Shown here in pieces: positions 13,866-30,179 of a stretch of 64,000 nucleotides of DNA. This stretch comes from the human T2T-CHM13v2.0 reference genome, Homo sapiens: NCBI RefSeq assembly GCF_009914755.1, contig NC_060937.1. One strand, written 5' to 3'. The notes beneath the pieces are model-generated. The model worked only from the letters and a program-made list of their open reading frames with translations. It was not told the DNA's origin and searched no databases. A program made the position numbers and the translations under genes. Numbering within the stretch: the first letter of the stretch is position 1; each line of letters begins with the position of its first letter.

Positions 13866-14714
13866 TGCTGTACCCTGCAAAGCCACGGTGGCAGAGCTGC
13901 CCAAGGCCATGGGAATTCACCTCTTGCATCAGCATAACCTGGATGTCAGACATGGAGTCAAACGAGATCATTTTATAGCTTTAAGATTTGAGTGCCCCAC
14001 TGGATTTCATACTTGTATGGGGCCTGTAGCCCCTTCATTTTGGCCAATTTCTCCCATTTGGAGTGGGTGTATTTACCCAACGCTTGTAGCCCCAGTGTAT
14101 GTGGGCTACACAGTTATATTGGTACTGTTTTATTAACTCAGGTCTATGGCCCCTAACTTGCTTTTGATTTTACAGGCTTGTAGGTTAGTTGCCCCTATGG
14201 CAACTAACTTGCTTTTGATTTTACAGGCTTGTAGGTGGAAAGGAACTTGCCTTGTTTCAGGTGAAACTTTGGACTTGGACTTTTGGGTTAATGGTGGACT
14301 GAGCTAAGACTTTGGGGGACTGTCGGAAAGTCATGATTGTGTTTTGAAATGTGGAGACATGAGATTTGGGAGGAGCCAGGGGAGGAATGATATGGTTTGG
14401 CTGTGTCCCCACCCAAATCTCATCTTGAATTACCGTTTCCATAAACCCCATGTGTCTTGGTAGCGATTTGGTGGAAGGTAATTGAATCACGGGAGTGATG
14501 GTTTTATAAGGGGCTTACCCCTTCACTCAGTTCCCATTCTTCTCCTTTCTGCCACCATATGAAAAAGGATGTGTTTCCTTCCCCTTCTGCCATGATTACA
14601 AGTTTCCTGAGGCCTCCCAGCCATGCTAAACTGTGAGTCAATTAAACCTCTTTCCTTTATAAGTTACCACTCTTGCATATGCCTTTATTAGCAGCATGAG
14701 AAGGGACTAATACA
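13866..14714 (+). mobile_element. 5'-truncated THE1 (C/D-type): 3' internal part plus single LTR (14388-14714), inside the ERV leader
   Basis: THE1 internal sequence (gctgtaccctgcaaagccac...), PPT-like gggaggagccaggggaggaa, then LTR tgatatggtttgg...gactaataca. Confidence 0.9.
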
Positions 14715-14948
14715 AGCCCAAATGACTGAGAAAGGGATAAAGCACCCAGACTATTTCAGGTTTGACATTCTTGGGGCCTGTTAGTTACCACTACAGTACT
14801 TAGATTGTATTTGATTAGTTACAATGTATTTTAATAATGTATTTGAGTAGTTAGAATGTATTTTGATAATACGTTCCAATTACTCAAATACAATCTACTG
14901 CAGAGGGGGAGAGAGAGAGAGAGAGAGAGAGAGAAAGTTAACATAGTC

Positions 14949-16559
14949 ATGGAAAATCAGAATTCCATTCCATAATTTGGCCTCCTTGCATGTGAATTCT
15001 CCAAAATTGGCCTGAATATAGTTATGAGCCAATGGAACAAAGGAAAATGACAATCTTTTGTAATACTGTTTGGCACCAATATTCTTTAGAAGCTGAAAAA
15101 ATTTGGCCACTCTCTTGGCCTTTACAATATAACACTATCTTACAACTACAATAGATTCATTTTGCTATCAAATGGAAATGTGGAATGAAATTCCTTAAGT
15201 CCAATCTTTTATGCTCCTTTATCAGAGCAAACCTGATCAAGCTAAGTGTAAAATTTGGATGCAATGGATGAAGGCATTTAAGAAGGGTGGTGAGTCTGTG
15301 CTTTTCACTAAGATTCCCATATTACCAGCTTAAGATAACAGTCCCTTAGTTTAGGAAGCCTGGGCTACTATATAACTTCTGAAACCCCAGTCCTGCCACT
15401 TCAGCACTCTCTGCCAGCTGTCCTGAGGTTGGCTTCAGCTTCTCCAGTAGCTCCAACCTCTGAGACTCCCGTACCTCTGAAAAACCTATTTCTGATTCTT
15501 GCTAGTCTTCTCCTTTATGAACCTGGGGCTCCTACCCTAGTTCTGTTGGGTCCTTCCTCTATTCCCATTCTCTCCTTTCACCAAAAAGACATCCAAGAAC
15601 TCTAAAGAAATGGTCTCGCCCTCTTGTAACCATCAGGGACACAATTTGACTGAGGTCTACTAACCCCCTATGCAGGGAAATTTCCTCTAAGGTAGGTGCA
15701 TATTGGGGGTATAATTGAATAAGGACAGTCTGCTGGAACGATGTGAGTATATAGCCCATTCATCACCTCTGACTTACATAATTGGAAGCAGAATGATCCA
15801 GCTTCTAAGGATGACCCAAAACATGAAACTGATCATTTTGAGTCTACATTCACTACTCATCACACTATATGGGCCAATGTTCAGAGCCTCCTTAACATCT
15901 TGTTGATATATGATGAGTGTTATGTAGTGCTAGAAAATACTTAGGAGGAGGCTGACCATTTACATGCAGAAGATCCGAATAAACAGGTGAGGACTGATTC
16001 CAATATGGTAGTGCCCTTCCACAATCCAAACTGGAATCTGAACAATGAGAATGAAGGTAAAATCCAAAATTTTTTTAGCATAAGCAAGGTGCAGAAAATT
16101 AGACAAGGAATGAATGAGAACACATCAGCATTTTGGAAAGAATTTTGGAGGCTTATCAAAAATACATGGATATAGATCCATATTGTCCTGAGAATTACAA
16201 GCTAATTAATATGACTTTTTTTGGGCAGACTATGCCTGATATTCAACTTAATTGCAAAAATTAAAGGGCATCGGAACATTGCCAATATCTCAATTAATTG
16301 AGGTGGCATACAAGGTCTTTCTGGATTAAAAGCAGACTAAGGAACAACAAAATGAAAATTGCAGATGAAACCACAGGCTAAGTTCCTTGGAGCAGCCTTA
16401 GCTGAGTCTAGAAGGGCCTTCTCAGAAAGGGCAAAGGAAGAAAATCTTAGAAAGACCCCTCTTAGGGAAAGAAAACAAAAATGTGTGTACTGCACAAAAG
16501 GGAGACACTGGAAAAAAGATTGTCCTAAACTGAATAGAAGGGGTGGCCAATGCAAGTAG
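14949..16559 (+). pseudogene. gag: ERV1 gag remnant (MA, CA, NC)
   Basis: ATG at 14949 (MENQNSIP), MA-like FCNTVWHQYSL, CA motif SDLHNWKQNDP, MHR-like QGMNENTSAFW, and an intact CX2CX4HX4C knuckle CVYCTKGRHWKKDC in ORF 16359..16559. Many stops and frameshifts. Confidence 0.9.
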
Positions 16560-16619
16560 CTGGGTTCAATGACTATACCTGGAATGCCATGAGCTTAAAC
16601 CTCCTTCAACAACTCAGAC

Positions 16620-19815
<3,196 letters not shown>

Positions 19816-21407
19816 ACTACTATGTGCACATGTGTGTACAAGTATCATACAAAATATGAACTAAAAGAGGAATCAGATGGTTGAGGCTTAAACACCTTCT
19901 TCATAAGGGAGGGGAAAATGGGATGAATGAATAAGCCCAGTGCTGAGACAATGGTTCCAAGGAACAGTGGTCATCTTGCTATGAAGATAGAGTTTCTTAG
20001 GTACTCTCTTGGATCTACCCTCAAAGAATGCAAGAATATTTTACCTGAGTGCTGTGGTGACTACTAGTCTCTTCTCTTCTCTGGTAGTTGATCTTTTCCA
20101 ATTATTTGATGAGTTCCCTAGAGAGAAGGTCCCAAGATAATTGCATTTTTTTCCCCAAAATAAGCTTTCTTAGATAAAGAAATCCCAGAGAATCCCTCCC
20201 TCCACTTGGGGCTGGGATCGAGGAATGAGGCCAAGCAAAGGACAAAGGGTCCTTGATTCTGAGGCAGCTTCAAAGGCCTCTCAACATGTCAAACTACCAG
20301 TCCTTGGGGTATCATTTTCTGAGCTCCAACATTATCTTGTGTGAAATTTCCCTAGAAGTCTCATACACGAAAAGCTGAGTTAGCTGTAGAGAGAAAAATT
20401 AGTAGCTGAGTAGCAAAGAATCTCATTAACACAGTCTCCCATTTCTGGAAATATGTCTGTCCAATTATACAGTTATGTCTCATTTCAGGAGATGTTGCTG
20501 AAGACTGGCTGTCAAAGTTAGGCCTCTATATATGATGCAAGTGAACAAATCTTTAATAAGGAATATTTCTTATTAGAGTGGATTCTTATGACTTATGCAA
20601 AAAATAATGGCTAATCTCTGGAGTTTCTGTAGAGTCTCTGGAGAACAGTCAGTTGAAATTACAAACGGCAATTTTACAGATTTTTTTTTGCTTTGTGCTT
20701 TGCATGTACAAAGTTTTTCCAAATATAGGCTCTTGTGGTGATGTTTCTTCAAAGCCAAGTTGACTGATTCAGTTTGTAGGGTCTTAGGAAAAAGGCATTT
20801 TCAATTTCAGTGAGTCTAAGTCAGAATAATGGAAGAAAAAATTGGAAACATTGGTTTTGAGACTTGCAATCAGGAAGGAATTCAGAATTCAGTCTAAATT
20901 ATAGGCAAATAACAAAAATTTACAATGAACAGTGCTAGGATCTAACAACAGGTGTACTAAGTTTTTCTTCTGAAACATTATTTACTCTCCTAGCCCCACC
21001 ATGTTTACCAAAGATAATCATAGTACTTCCAATTTACTTGTAAAATAAATTGTCTTATTAATGTGACCTAATAATTTCCATAACGTGCAGTAAGAATAGT
21101 GAGTTATCACATAGGTTCTTTTTTCTATTGGCGTTGCTGAAAACCTTTCATAAAGAATCTGATATTAGATTCTCAAAAAGCCTTTGGAAACGTAGGAGCC
21201 AAGCCAAGGATATGACTTTCCCTCAGACTATATCTGTAATACCTGTACGAATTGGGTGAATTTATCAGTTTTTGAGGTCTCCAAAATATCTTGGCATTAC
21301 TGGGCCTGTCAGAAACTGATGTTCTTTACTTACCTCAAGGACAGCAACTTTGAAAGGAAATAGACAAGATACCAGGTCAGTCTTTTTCAAAGTCTATTGG
21401 CCTTTTG

Positions 21408-21581
21408 TATTATTATTATTATTATTATTATTATTTTTGAGAGGGAGTCCCACTCTGTTGCTTAGGCTGGCGTGCAGTGGTGCCGTCTTGGCTCACTGGT
21501 TCAAGCGCTTCTCCTCCCTCAGCCCCCCGCCTCAGCCTCCCAAAATGCTGGGCTTACAGGTGTGATTTAGGGCGCCTGTCC
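21408..21581 (-). mobile_element. Internally deleted Alu
   Basis: (TTA)n tail and right-arm end joined to the left-arm start through cctcagcc homology. Confidence 0.85.
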
Positions 21582-22892
21582 CCAATCTCAATTTTATTTA
21601 GCAAAAATTGCTAAAGTCATGTAAACTTTAAAAGAATCTGGATTTATTAATTTATGAGAGTTCATTTATTTTTAAGTTGATTTGGTGATATGTAGACAGT
21701 ACACATACATAAAAATATGGACAAACATAAATATTTTGTAGCTTTGATCTTACAATTTTTCCGTAAGGCAGATAAAACTCACTAGTTTAAAAGCACAGTT
21801 AGATAAAAATGGTGCCACTGTAAATGCAACAAATTAAACTTTATCTGTCCCACGTGGCTAAGCCCTCATTAAGTTTTAGAGAAAAAAAATATAGCATATT
21901 TACATCTCAAAGCCCAGAGAGAAAATTAAAGCTTTCTCAAGCAATTAGGTGTGTCAATTAGACATAAAACAAAGAAAGGTTAAAAATGAACACCAAAGAA
22001 ACAAACATAGGAATTCACCACATAATTTTATAAGGAGACCAATTTTGGTCTAATATTAATAGATAGCTTGCAATTTTGTCTGCCTTTTCCAACTGGACCA
22101 CTGAGGTCAGGGTGGAGCCTGCTATCTAATAGGACCAACAAAGCATTTGCAGCTTCTTGGGGCCAATACTGACACATCTAAAAGGCAGACACAGCCAGAA
22201 GCCACAGCACTTCGATCTCCCGAAATCTAAGATCCCATTCCTACACTGAATCCCAGGTACCTTAGATCCATGGCAAAAGGCAGAGAGGGAAACACCATGG
22301 GGCTGAGCTGTTTAATACTCTTAGAGTGCACCTCTGCAAGGACATTCCCTGAGGCTAGTGGATGACCCAGCACCAACTGGCCCACTCTATGATTAGCTCA
22401 TACCCCACAGAAGTTGTATCCCTCAGTAGTGAGTGCTCTCAGTCTCCACGTGTCCAAACTACACTCATCATCATATCGTGGCCGGAGCTCCCAGATCCTC
22501 ACAGACAAACCTAGCCAACAATTTTACTTATTCCAAATTGCCATTTACCATCAGTTTCTGTTTGACTTGGTCAGAAATCAGAATATTTTCTTATCTAAAC
22601 TTGCAAATAAATGAGGAGGATAGAAAGCCAGTATTTGTTTCCTGCAGTAATAGCCAGTCATTGCAGCAACTATGAATTCCCTTTAACATCACACCTTTGC
22701 CAATAGCCCATTAGTTAGTACATACACAAAGGTCAATTGCTTTCGTACAGTTTAAAATAATTCTTGGTACTCCTCTAAAGCTGGAGAGATTGGGGCATTT
22801 ATTGTAAAAGAAAGCAGAGCTTCAGACCTAAGTAGAACCCACCCATGACTTCTGAGGTTCCATGAGCAAGACAGATGATCCCAAAGTGGGGG

Positions 22893-23668
22893 TGAGAGGT
22901 GAAGCCAGCTGGACTTCCTGGGTCGACTGGGGACTTGGAGAACTTTTCTGTCTAGCTAGAGGATTGTAAATGCACCAATCAGCACTCTGTAAAAACGCAC
23001 CAATCGACACTGTGTCTAGCTAAAGGTCTGTAAATACACCAATCAGCACTCTGTAAAAACTCAGCAATCAGCGCTCTGTGTCTAGCTAAAGGTTTCAAAA
23101 TGCACCAATCAGCACTCTGTAAAAATGCACCAATCAACGCTCTGTAAAATGGACCAATCAGCACTCTGTAAAATGGACCAATTTGCAGGATGTGGGCCAG
23201 CCAAATAAGGGAATAAAAGCTGGCCATCAGAGCCAGCAGGGGCAACCTGTTCGGGTCCCCTTCCACACTGTGAAAGCTTTAGTCTTTCACTCTTCACAAT
23301 AAATCTTGCTGCTGCTCACTCTTTGGGTCCACACTGCCTTTATAAGCTGTAACACTCACCGGAGGGTCTGCAGCTTCACTCCTGAAGTCAACAAGACCAC
23401 AGACCCACTGGGAGGAACAAACAACTCCGGACGTGCCACCTTTAAGAGCTCTAACACTCACTGTGAAGTTCTGTGGCTTCACTTCTGAAGTCAGTGAGAC
23501 CACGAACCCACTGGAAGGAAGAAACTTCGGACACATCTGAACATCTGTAGGAACAAACTCCGGACACACCATCGTTGAGAACTATAACACTCACTGCGAG
23601 TGTCTGCGGCTTCATTCTTAAAGTCAGCGAGACTAAGAACCCACTGGAAGGAACTAATTCCAGACACA
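22893..23668 (+). mobile_element. LTR12-family (HERV9) solo LTR
   Basis: tgagaggtgaagccagctggacttcctgggtc start, tandem gcaccaatcagcactctgt repeats, repeated U5 units and 4-bp TSD GGGG on both sides. Confidence 0.95.
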
Positions 23669-24107
23669 GGGGTGTCTGGTGCCTTGGCTGTGCGGTTCAA
23701 CCGGTCTCAGTGGCTAGAAGTCTCTCTCTTAGTTCTCTTTATGTGACAGCCAGAACTCTGATGCTTTCTTTTAGTGATTTTTTGTCCACTGACTGCCAAA
23801 TGGAAGAGGTATGGACTTGAAGGGGAATATATCAATGATTAAGAGAACTGGATAAAGATCGAAAATGAAAAAAGAGAGAGAAGAAGTAAATGGAAGAAAG
23901 GACTTCCTAGAGGAGCCAGTTTGGGAAGACCGTAAGCTTCCCAAAAAGGTCAATGAAGTTTGACATTTTTCTCAGCAAAATATCATGCTAATAAGAAGCA
24001 TACCCTCGGAGAACAGAACATATAATTTTTAATAAAGGGTTTCTGTCACCTGAAAAAAATCCCATGGGGGAAATAGGATTCAAAAGAGAAAAAGCACAAA
24101 GACATTT

Positions 24108-24118
<11 letters not shown>

Positions 24119-24164
<46 letters not shown>
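24119..24164. repeat. (TA)n microsatellite
   Basis: Long perfect TA run. Confidence 0.97.
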
Positions 24165-24170
<6 letters not shown>

Positions 24171-24454
24171 TTGAGATCTAAAGTAGCTTTTAATTTAGCC
24201 AACTATTGACCACAGAGCTCATTAAAAAAATCTTTTAAAAATCTCTTTTCATCAGATTACAGCTAGGACAAAGAAAAAATATTATTCCTGATGTTTTGGC
24301 TTTTTTTGTTGTTCTAAAAAAACAAACAAAGAAATCTACCAAATGAGTCTTTTGCGACTTAACCAAGGAAGCACAAGCCATCTCCAAACAGAGACAAAGA
24401 AGCAGTCCTCACAAGGTGCAGAGCCACTCCCAAAGACAAGGAAGAAAAAAAAAG

Positions 24455-25095
24455 AGAAAAAGGAACACTTATCCACTGCAATTAGAATGTAAATTAGTTC
24501 AGCCATTGTGGAAGACAGTGTAGCAATTCCTCAAAGACCTAAAGACAGAAATACCATTTGACCAGCAATCCCATTACTGGGGATATACCCAAAGGAATAC
24601 AAATCATTCTATTGCAAAGACACATGCATGTGTATATTCATTGAAGTACTACTCACAATAGCAAAGACATAGAATCAACCTAAATGACCATCAACAATAG
24701 ATTGGATAAAGAAAATGTGGTACATATACACTGTAGAATACCATGCAGCCATGAAAAAGAATGAGATCATGTTTTTTGCAGGAACATGGATGGAGCTAAG
24801 GCCACTATCCTTAGCAAACTGAAAGAGGAACAGAAAAACCAAATACTACATGTCCTTACTTATGAGTGGGAGCTAAAGGATGAGAACACATGGACACATA
24901 CAAAGGAACAACACACAGTGGGGCTTTTCAGAGGGTGGAGGCTGGAAGGAGGGAATCAGGAAAAATAACTAAATGGGTACTAGGCTTAATACTCGAGTGA
25001 AGAAATAATCAGTACAAGAAACTCCCGTGACACAAGTTTACTTATGTAACAAACCTGCATTTTTACCCCAAACTTAAAATAAAAGTTAAAAAAGA
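24455..25095 (+). mobile_element. L1PA (older, ~PA10-13) 3' end, 5'-truncated
   Basis: ORF2 C-terminus and 3'UTR ending aacttaaaataaaagttaaaaaa. Confidence 0.9.
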
Positions 25096-26132
25096 GAAAT
25101 ATTTAGACAATGTTTTTAGAGCTGGCAAGTTGATATGTTAGTTTTATATGTGGGCCTCAACCTCTTTCAGTTGACCATCTGCATGACCCAACAACCTGCA
25201 TGACCCCGACAGGCAGCAGGCCAAGCTAAGTTCTCAGGACGCAAAACAAGACAGACAGGAAAGAAATAACTGCCCATGAAAAGGAGGAAGATAATTATAA
25301 ATAGGTCTTCCAAACCAAACTTACACAAGAGTCACAACCTAAACAAATGATTTTCTCCTGCCAACCTGAATTTAGGGAGAAAGGGATAAAGAGAAATGTT
25401 TACCTTCCATTCTCCATCAGGTACTCCAGGTAGAGATCCAGGAGAGCTAAACTTGGTAAAAATTCTTATCTTTCTTTGTCAGCTTTTTGTCAGTTGTCCT
25501 AGGTCCTCAATTGTAGGCTTGGAAGCAAGTCAGGTGTCTCAGTCGTCCTACCTTTGTTTCTAGAACTATGGGGGCTGAGAGGGTGTGATCCCTTCTCTCC
25601 CCATTGTAAAAGTTTACAGCCTACACCCCTATAACAAAAAAGAGATTAACCAGGGAAAAACATAACAAAGTTATCACTATTACATGCACATGTGTCCATA
25701 AGTATCATTCAAAATATGAACTCAAAGATGGACCAGGTGATTAAAGCTCAAATGCTTTCTTCACAAGAGCCAGAAAAATAAAGGAATAAATGGGTCCAAT
25801 GCTCAGGCAATGGTTCACAGGAACAATGGTTGTCCTATTAAGAAGATAATGTTTCTGAGGTTACTTTTTGGAATTGTTCTTGGATGAGAATTCTGTCTGA
25901 GTGTGATGATGATTCCTAGTCTCTTCTCTTCTCTAGTCATTGATGTTTCCTTGTTATTTCACAAGATCCCTAGGGAGGATGTCCTAGCACCATCTCATTG
26001 CTTGGGAAAGACGAGAACAAGACAAGGATAGAGGGACCTTTATTCTGAGGCAGCTTATAAGGCCTCTCAGTATGTTAAATTTCCTTTGGGAAATTTGGGG
26101 CATCACTTGCTGAGCCCCCAAAGCTATAAATG

Positions 26133-26400
26133 TTGGGAGGCCGAGGCGGGTGGATCACAAAGTCAGGAGTTCAAGACCAGCCTGGCCAACATGGCAAAAC
26201 CCCGTCTCTACTAAAAATACAAAAAAGTAGGTGGGTGTGGTGGCAGGTGCCTGTAATCCCAGCTACTCAGGAGTCTGAGGCAGGAGATTCCCTTGAACGT
26301 GGGAGGTGGAGGTGCAGTGATCCGAGATCGCGCCACTGCACTCCAGCTTGGATGACGAGAGCAAAACTCCATCTCAAAAAAAAAAAAAAAAACAAAGAGA
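26133..26400 (+). mobile_element. 5'-truncated AluS (Sg-like)
   Basis: Starts at ttgggaggccgagg, has an A-tail and TSD ctataaatg on both sides. Confidence 0.92.
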
Positions 26401-27400
26401 AACTATAAATGATTTTTTAATAAGATCTATTTCCAGCATCCCAGTTTCTAAATGAATATTCTAGCCTGTGCTGAAGTAAGCCAAAAAATAAAAGATATAA
26501 GAGGATCTTCCAGATTTACTAGGTTAAATTTTTAGAAAAGGTATAAGAAGAAAAAACAAACAAAATTAGCATTAACTTCTAATGATGTAATTTTGTTCAT
26601 AGAAAATCCAAAGTAAAATCTAAAACTGAATTACTAGAATAATAATAGAATAATAAGAAATAATCGTTTTTTGGATATGTGATATTAAAAATAATTCATT
26701 TCCTTGGTTTTTGCAAAAAGTGACTAGAAAACATGGTAAAAAAGACACATATTTGCAACAATAGCATAAATATGTATATTTACAATGTATGTAAGAAATA
26801 TATGGAGAAAATTTAGTTTTTCTGAATAACATTTCTAAAATGTATATATGAATAAGTACTGTCTTTGTGAAATGTCTGTTAATTTTTCCCACATTTATCC
26901 AAGTGGCTTTCCTTTAATGTGTACATGTCATGAAAGTTACACATATCATTTCTAATTAAATTTTATTGGCCTCAAATTAGCCACAAGACCAAATTTCCAT
27001 TAAAAAAAAAGGAAAAATGATTTGGGGAGTACATCTATCAGGCTACAAGAAGATTTTGATGTAGACTTCAGGATTATAATTATGAGAATTTTATCTTTGG
27101 TTAAAAATACTTTGACTGCAGTGGGGTGTGGTGGCTCACACTTGTAATCCCAGCAAAAACTTCAAGCCTCATAAAGCTGAGATCTGCCTTGATCTTAGCC
27201 CACAAGAAGGCACAATCAAGTCATTCAACTCCTTTTTAATCAAGGTTCTCTGAACAAACTAAGAAAACTAGAAACTCTGACATTTCTGTGCTTCCCCCTC
27301 TCAATATTTTTTATTACTGTCATATTCGAAAATCCTAAAAAAGTCCCATCTGTAACATATGATTGGAATTGAAGTTATAAAACCTCAAGCTCAAATTTAC

Positions 27401-27711
27401 TTTTATTTTATTTTATTTATTTGTTTATTTTGAGACAGAGTCCCACTTTGTCACCCAGTCTGGAGTGCAGTGGCATGATCTCTGCTCACTGCAACCTCTG
27501 CCTCCTGGTTCAAGTGATTCTCCTGCCTTAGCCTCCCAAGGAGCTCGGTCCGCGGGCATGCACCACCACACTGGGCCAATTTTTGTATTCTTAGTCGAGA
27601 TGGGGTTTCACCATGTTGCTTGGGCTGGTTTCGAACTCCTGACCTCAAGTGATCTACCTGCCTCAGCCTCTCAAAGTGCTGGTATTACAGGCACGAGCCA
27701 CCACACCAAAC
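27401..27711 (-). mobile_element. AluS (Sz-like)
   Basis: Antisense dimer with gacctcaagtgatc and TSD-like aa.ttactttt. Confidence 0.92.
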
Positions 27712-27828
27712 TGAAAATTACTTTTAGCAAGTTGTATAAAACTTATTTATTGATTTAAACAAGGAGAAAAAGTCTCCATGTATTTTAATTATATTTGTTT
27801 TTGGGAAAATGAATATAAATTAAATTAA

Positions 27829-28207
<379 letters not shown>

Positions 28208-28965
28208 AAGATTTTAAAGACAATATATTTATTATTTTTCTTCTATGTAATACTAACTTTACTAACAATTGTCAATCATATCTTTATTTGTGCCAATTAC
28301 TTTCAGAGGACACAGAGTTCTAGTAAGATTATTTTCCTTCATTGAAATAAAGGGCGTACCATTTTGCCCTTAATTAAGTGCCACTTGCATGGCAACATTA
28401 ATAAGCTCCAATTATATAAATTCAGGGGAGTTTCCATGTTAAGGAAAGGAAGCTGGAGAGTAAAGTGATGATATATTAAATGTTTACTTTTCATTGAACT
28501 TTGTGTCATTTATCATTTGTGGAAAGAAAAATGCCATGGTGTGTGTAAATCAATAAAAAGTATTTTCATCTCTAATAGAACGCTGAGTACTCCATTAAAT
28601 ACACATTAGAAATATAAGTCAAAACACAGTTTGCCATTTAGGATAAAAGTAGTCCATCAGGCCAATGAGGAAAGAAGTTTTAATACTTTTATTACCATTG
28701 TCTAGCAAAATGCTGGTTTTAGAATTTGACTCAATATCTATAGAAAATAAGAATATTACCATGTCATGTTATAATTTTATGTTATTATTTTCTTACCTCT
28801 TATTCAAATAAGATAACAGTTAAATCATGACTAGGTGCCTAGCTGTGTCATGTGTTTAAAACTTATGTTTAAATTTTTATGCTAATCTCCCTTTTTTTAT
28901 TGATTTACACTACTTTTTTTCGGTTATACTATAGTTACTGACAATGTTGAAATTTACATGAACTC

Positions 28966-29547
28966 TGTAATTCTGGAAAACAGCTATGGATAAAGAATCG
29001 CACCACCATTCTTTCATGTTCTGGAAAATGACTCCTTGCAGAGTCACCCTTCCTGGTAAGACTTAAGTAAGGTTCACAGATGACCCCTTTGTTTACCTAT
29101 GACAAGGCCAGACACGGAGCCTCCAAAATCTCATTCTTTGCCTCAGATTATTAACTAAATTGTTTTGTTCTTACTGACCAATTAGAACAAAGTGTCTGTT
29201 AACCAAACTTTGTTAAAAGATTTTTTCTTTCCCCAAGACTGCTGAACATTCATCTACTCTCAGCCTGAGCCAGCATAGGACCCCTCTGAAAGGGCCACTC
29301 CTGGAGAATAGACGGGCTTGAGCACAAAACATTTGCTAATGTACTCTCCAGTCATGGCACCCTTTCAATTCACCTCCCCATGCATGTTTCTTTTACCCTT
29401 GGTTACTCCTCTCTACAAAAGAAAAACCCTTTTGCCTAACTCTTGAGCAACATGCAGATCTTCTATTCAGAGCATTCTTTATATTGCAGTAGCCTTTTCA
29501 AATAAAGTCTCTCTTGACCCAAGTCTAGATTTGTTTTTAATTCAACA
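28966..29547 (+). mobile_element. ERV1 solo LTR (MER67-like)
   Basis: tgtaattctggaaaa...aataaagtctctc...ttcaaca with LTR-like U3/R/U5 layout. Confidence 0.7.
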
Positions 29548-30179
29548 TTATATAACATATTTACATCACGGAAAGTTCTGCGAAGGGTATATCTGAACTC
29601 TCTGCACTATTTTTGCATCTGTCTTGTAAATCTCTTGAAAATAAAAAGCTGAAGAAACAAAAGGATATTTCTCAGTTTATACATTCTAGGCCTCTTGAAA
29701 ATTATTTATAAAATTAATAAATTGATTACTACAGAGAAAAAAAAAGACCAGAAAGTCATACAGTTTAAATATGACATTTAATACTTAGTATCTACCTAAA
29801 GGCTATAACCTCAGGAGTGGGGATACTTTGTTTCTGGGTGAAGACTTCACCTTGATTCTTGACACAGTTCTCTTTTACATAGGACAGCATCCCAAGATCT
29901 ATCCCAAACCATTTTCAGAAATAGCTTTTATATTGGAAGATTTAGAGGGTCTTGTACTTATAAATAATAACATTTCAAAAAGCTATTTTAAAAGAAAACC
30001 TGATTATATGTGAAAAAAGACAAAACATTTTTAGATGTGTAAAGGGGCTATGTTAGCTCAAAAGAATCTAATGCTAAGGATGTGTGTGTGTGTGTATATA
30101 TATATATTTGTGATTGAGTATATGACAGGCCATTAAATTTTGAAGGAGCAAATTTTTTCTTGCTATTCTTTCTCAATAC

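Noticed and set aside
22970-23668. Regularly spaced short repeats resembling a CRISPR-like array
   Set aside because: These are the native U3 and U5 tandem repeats of LTR12. There are no unique spacers and the context is eukaryotic.
25545-25562. Possible tRNA-Arg PBS of the MER4-type provirus
   Set aside because: Correct position but only about 11/18 match, too degenerate to assign.
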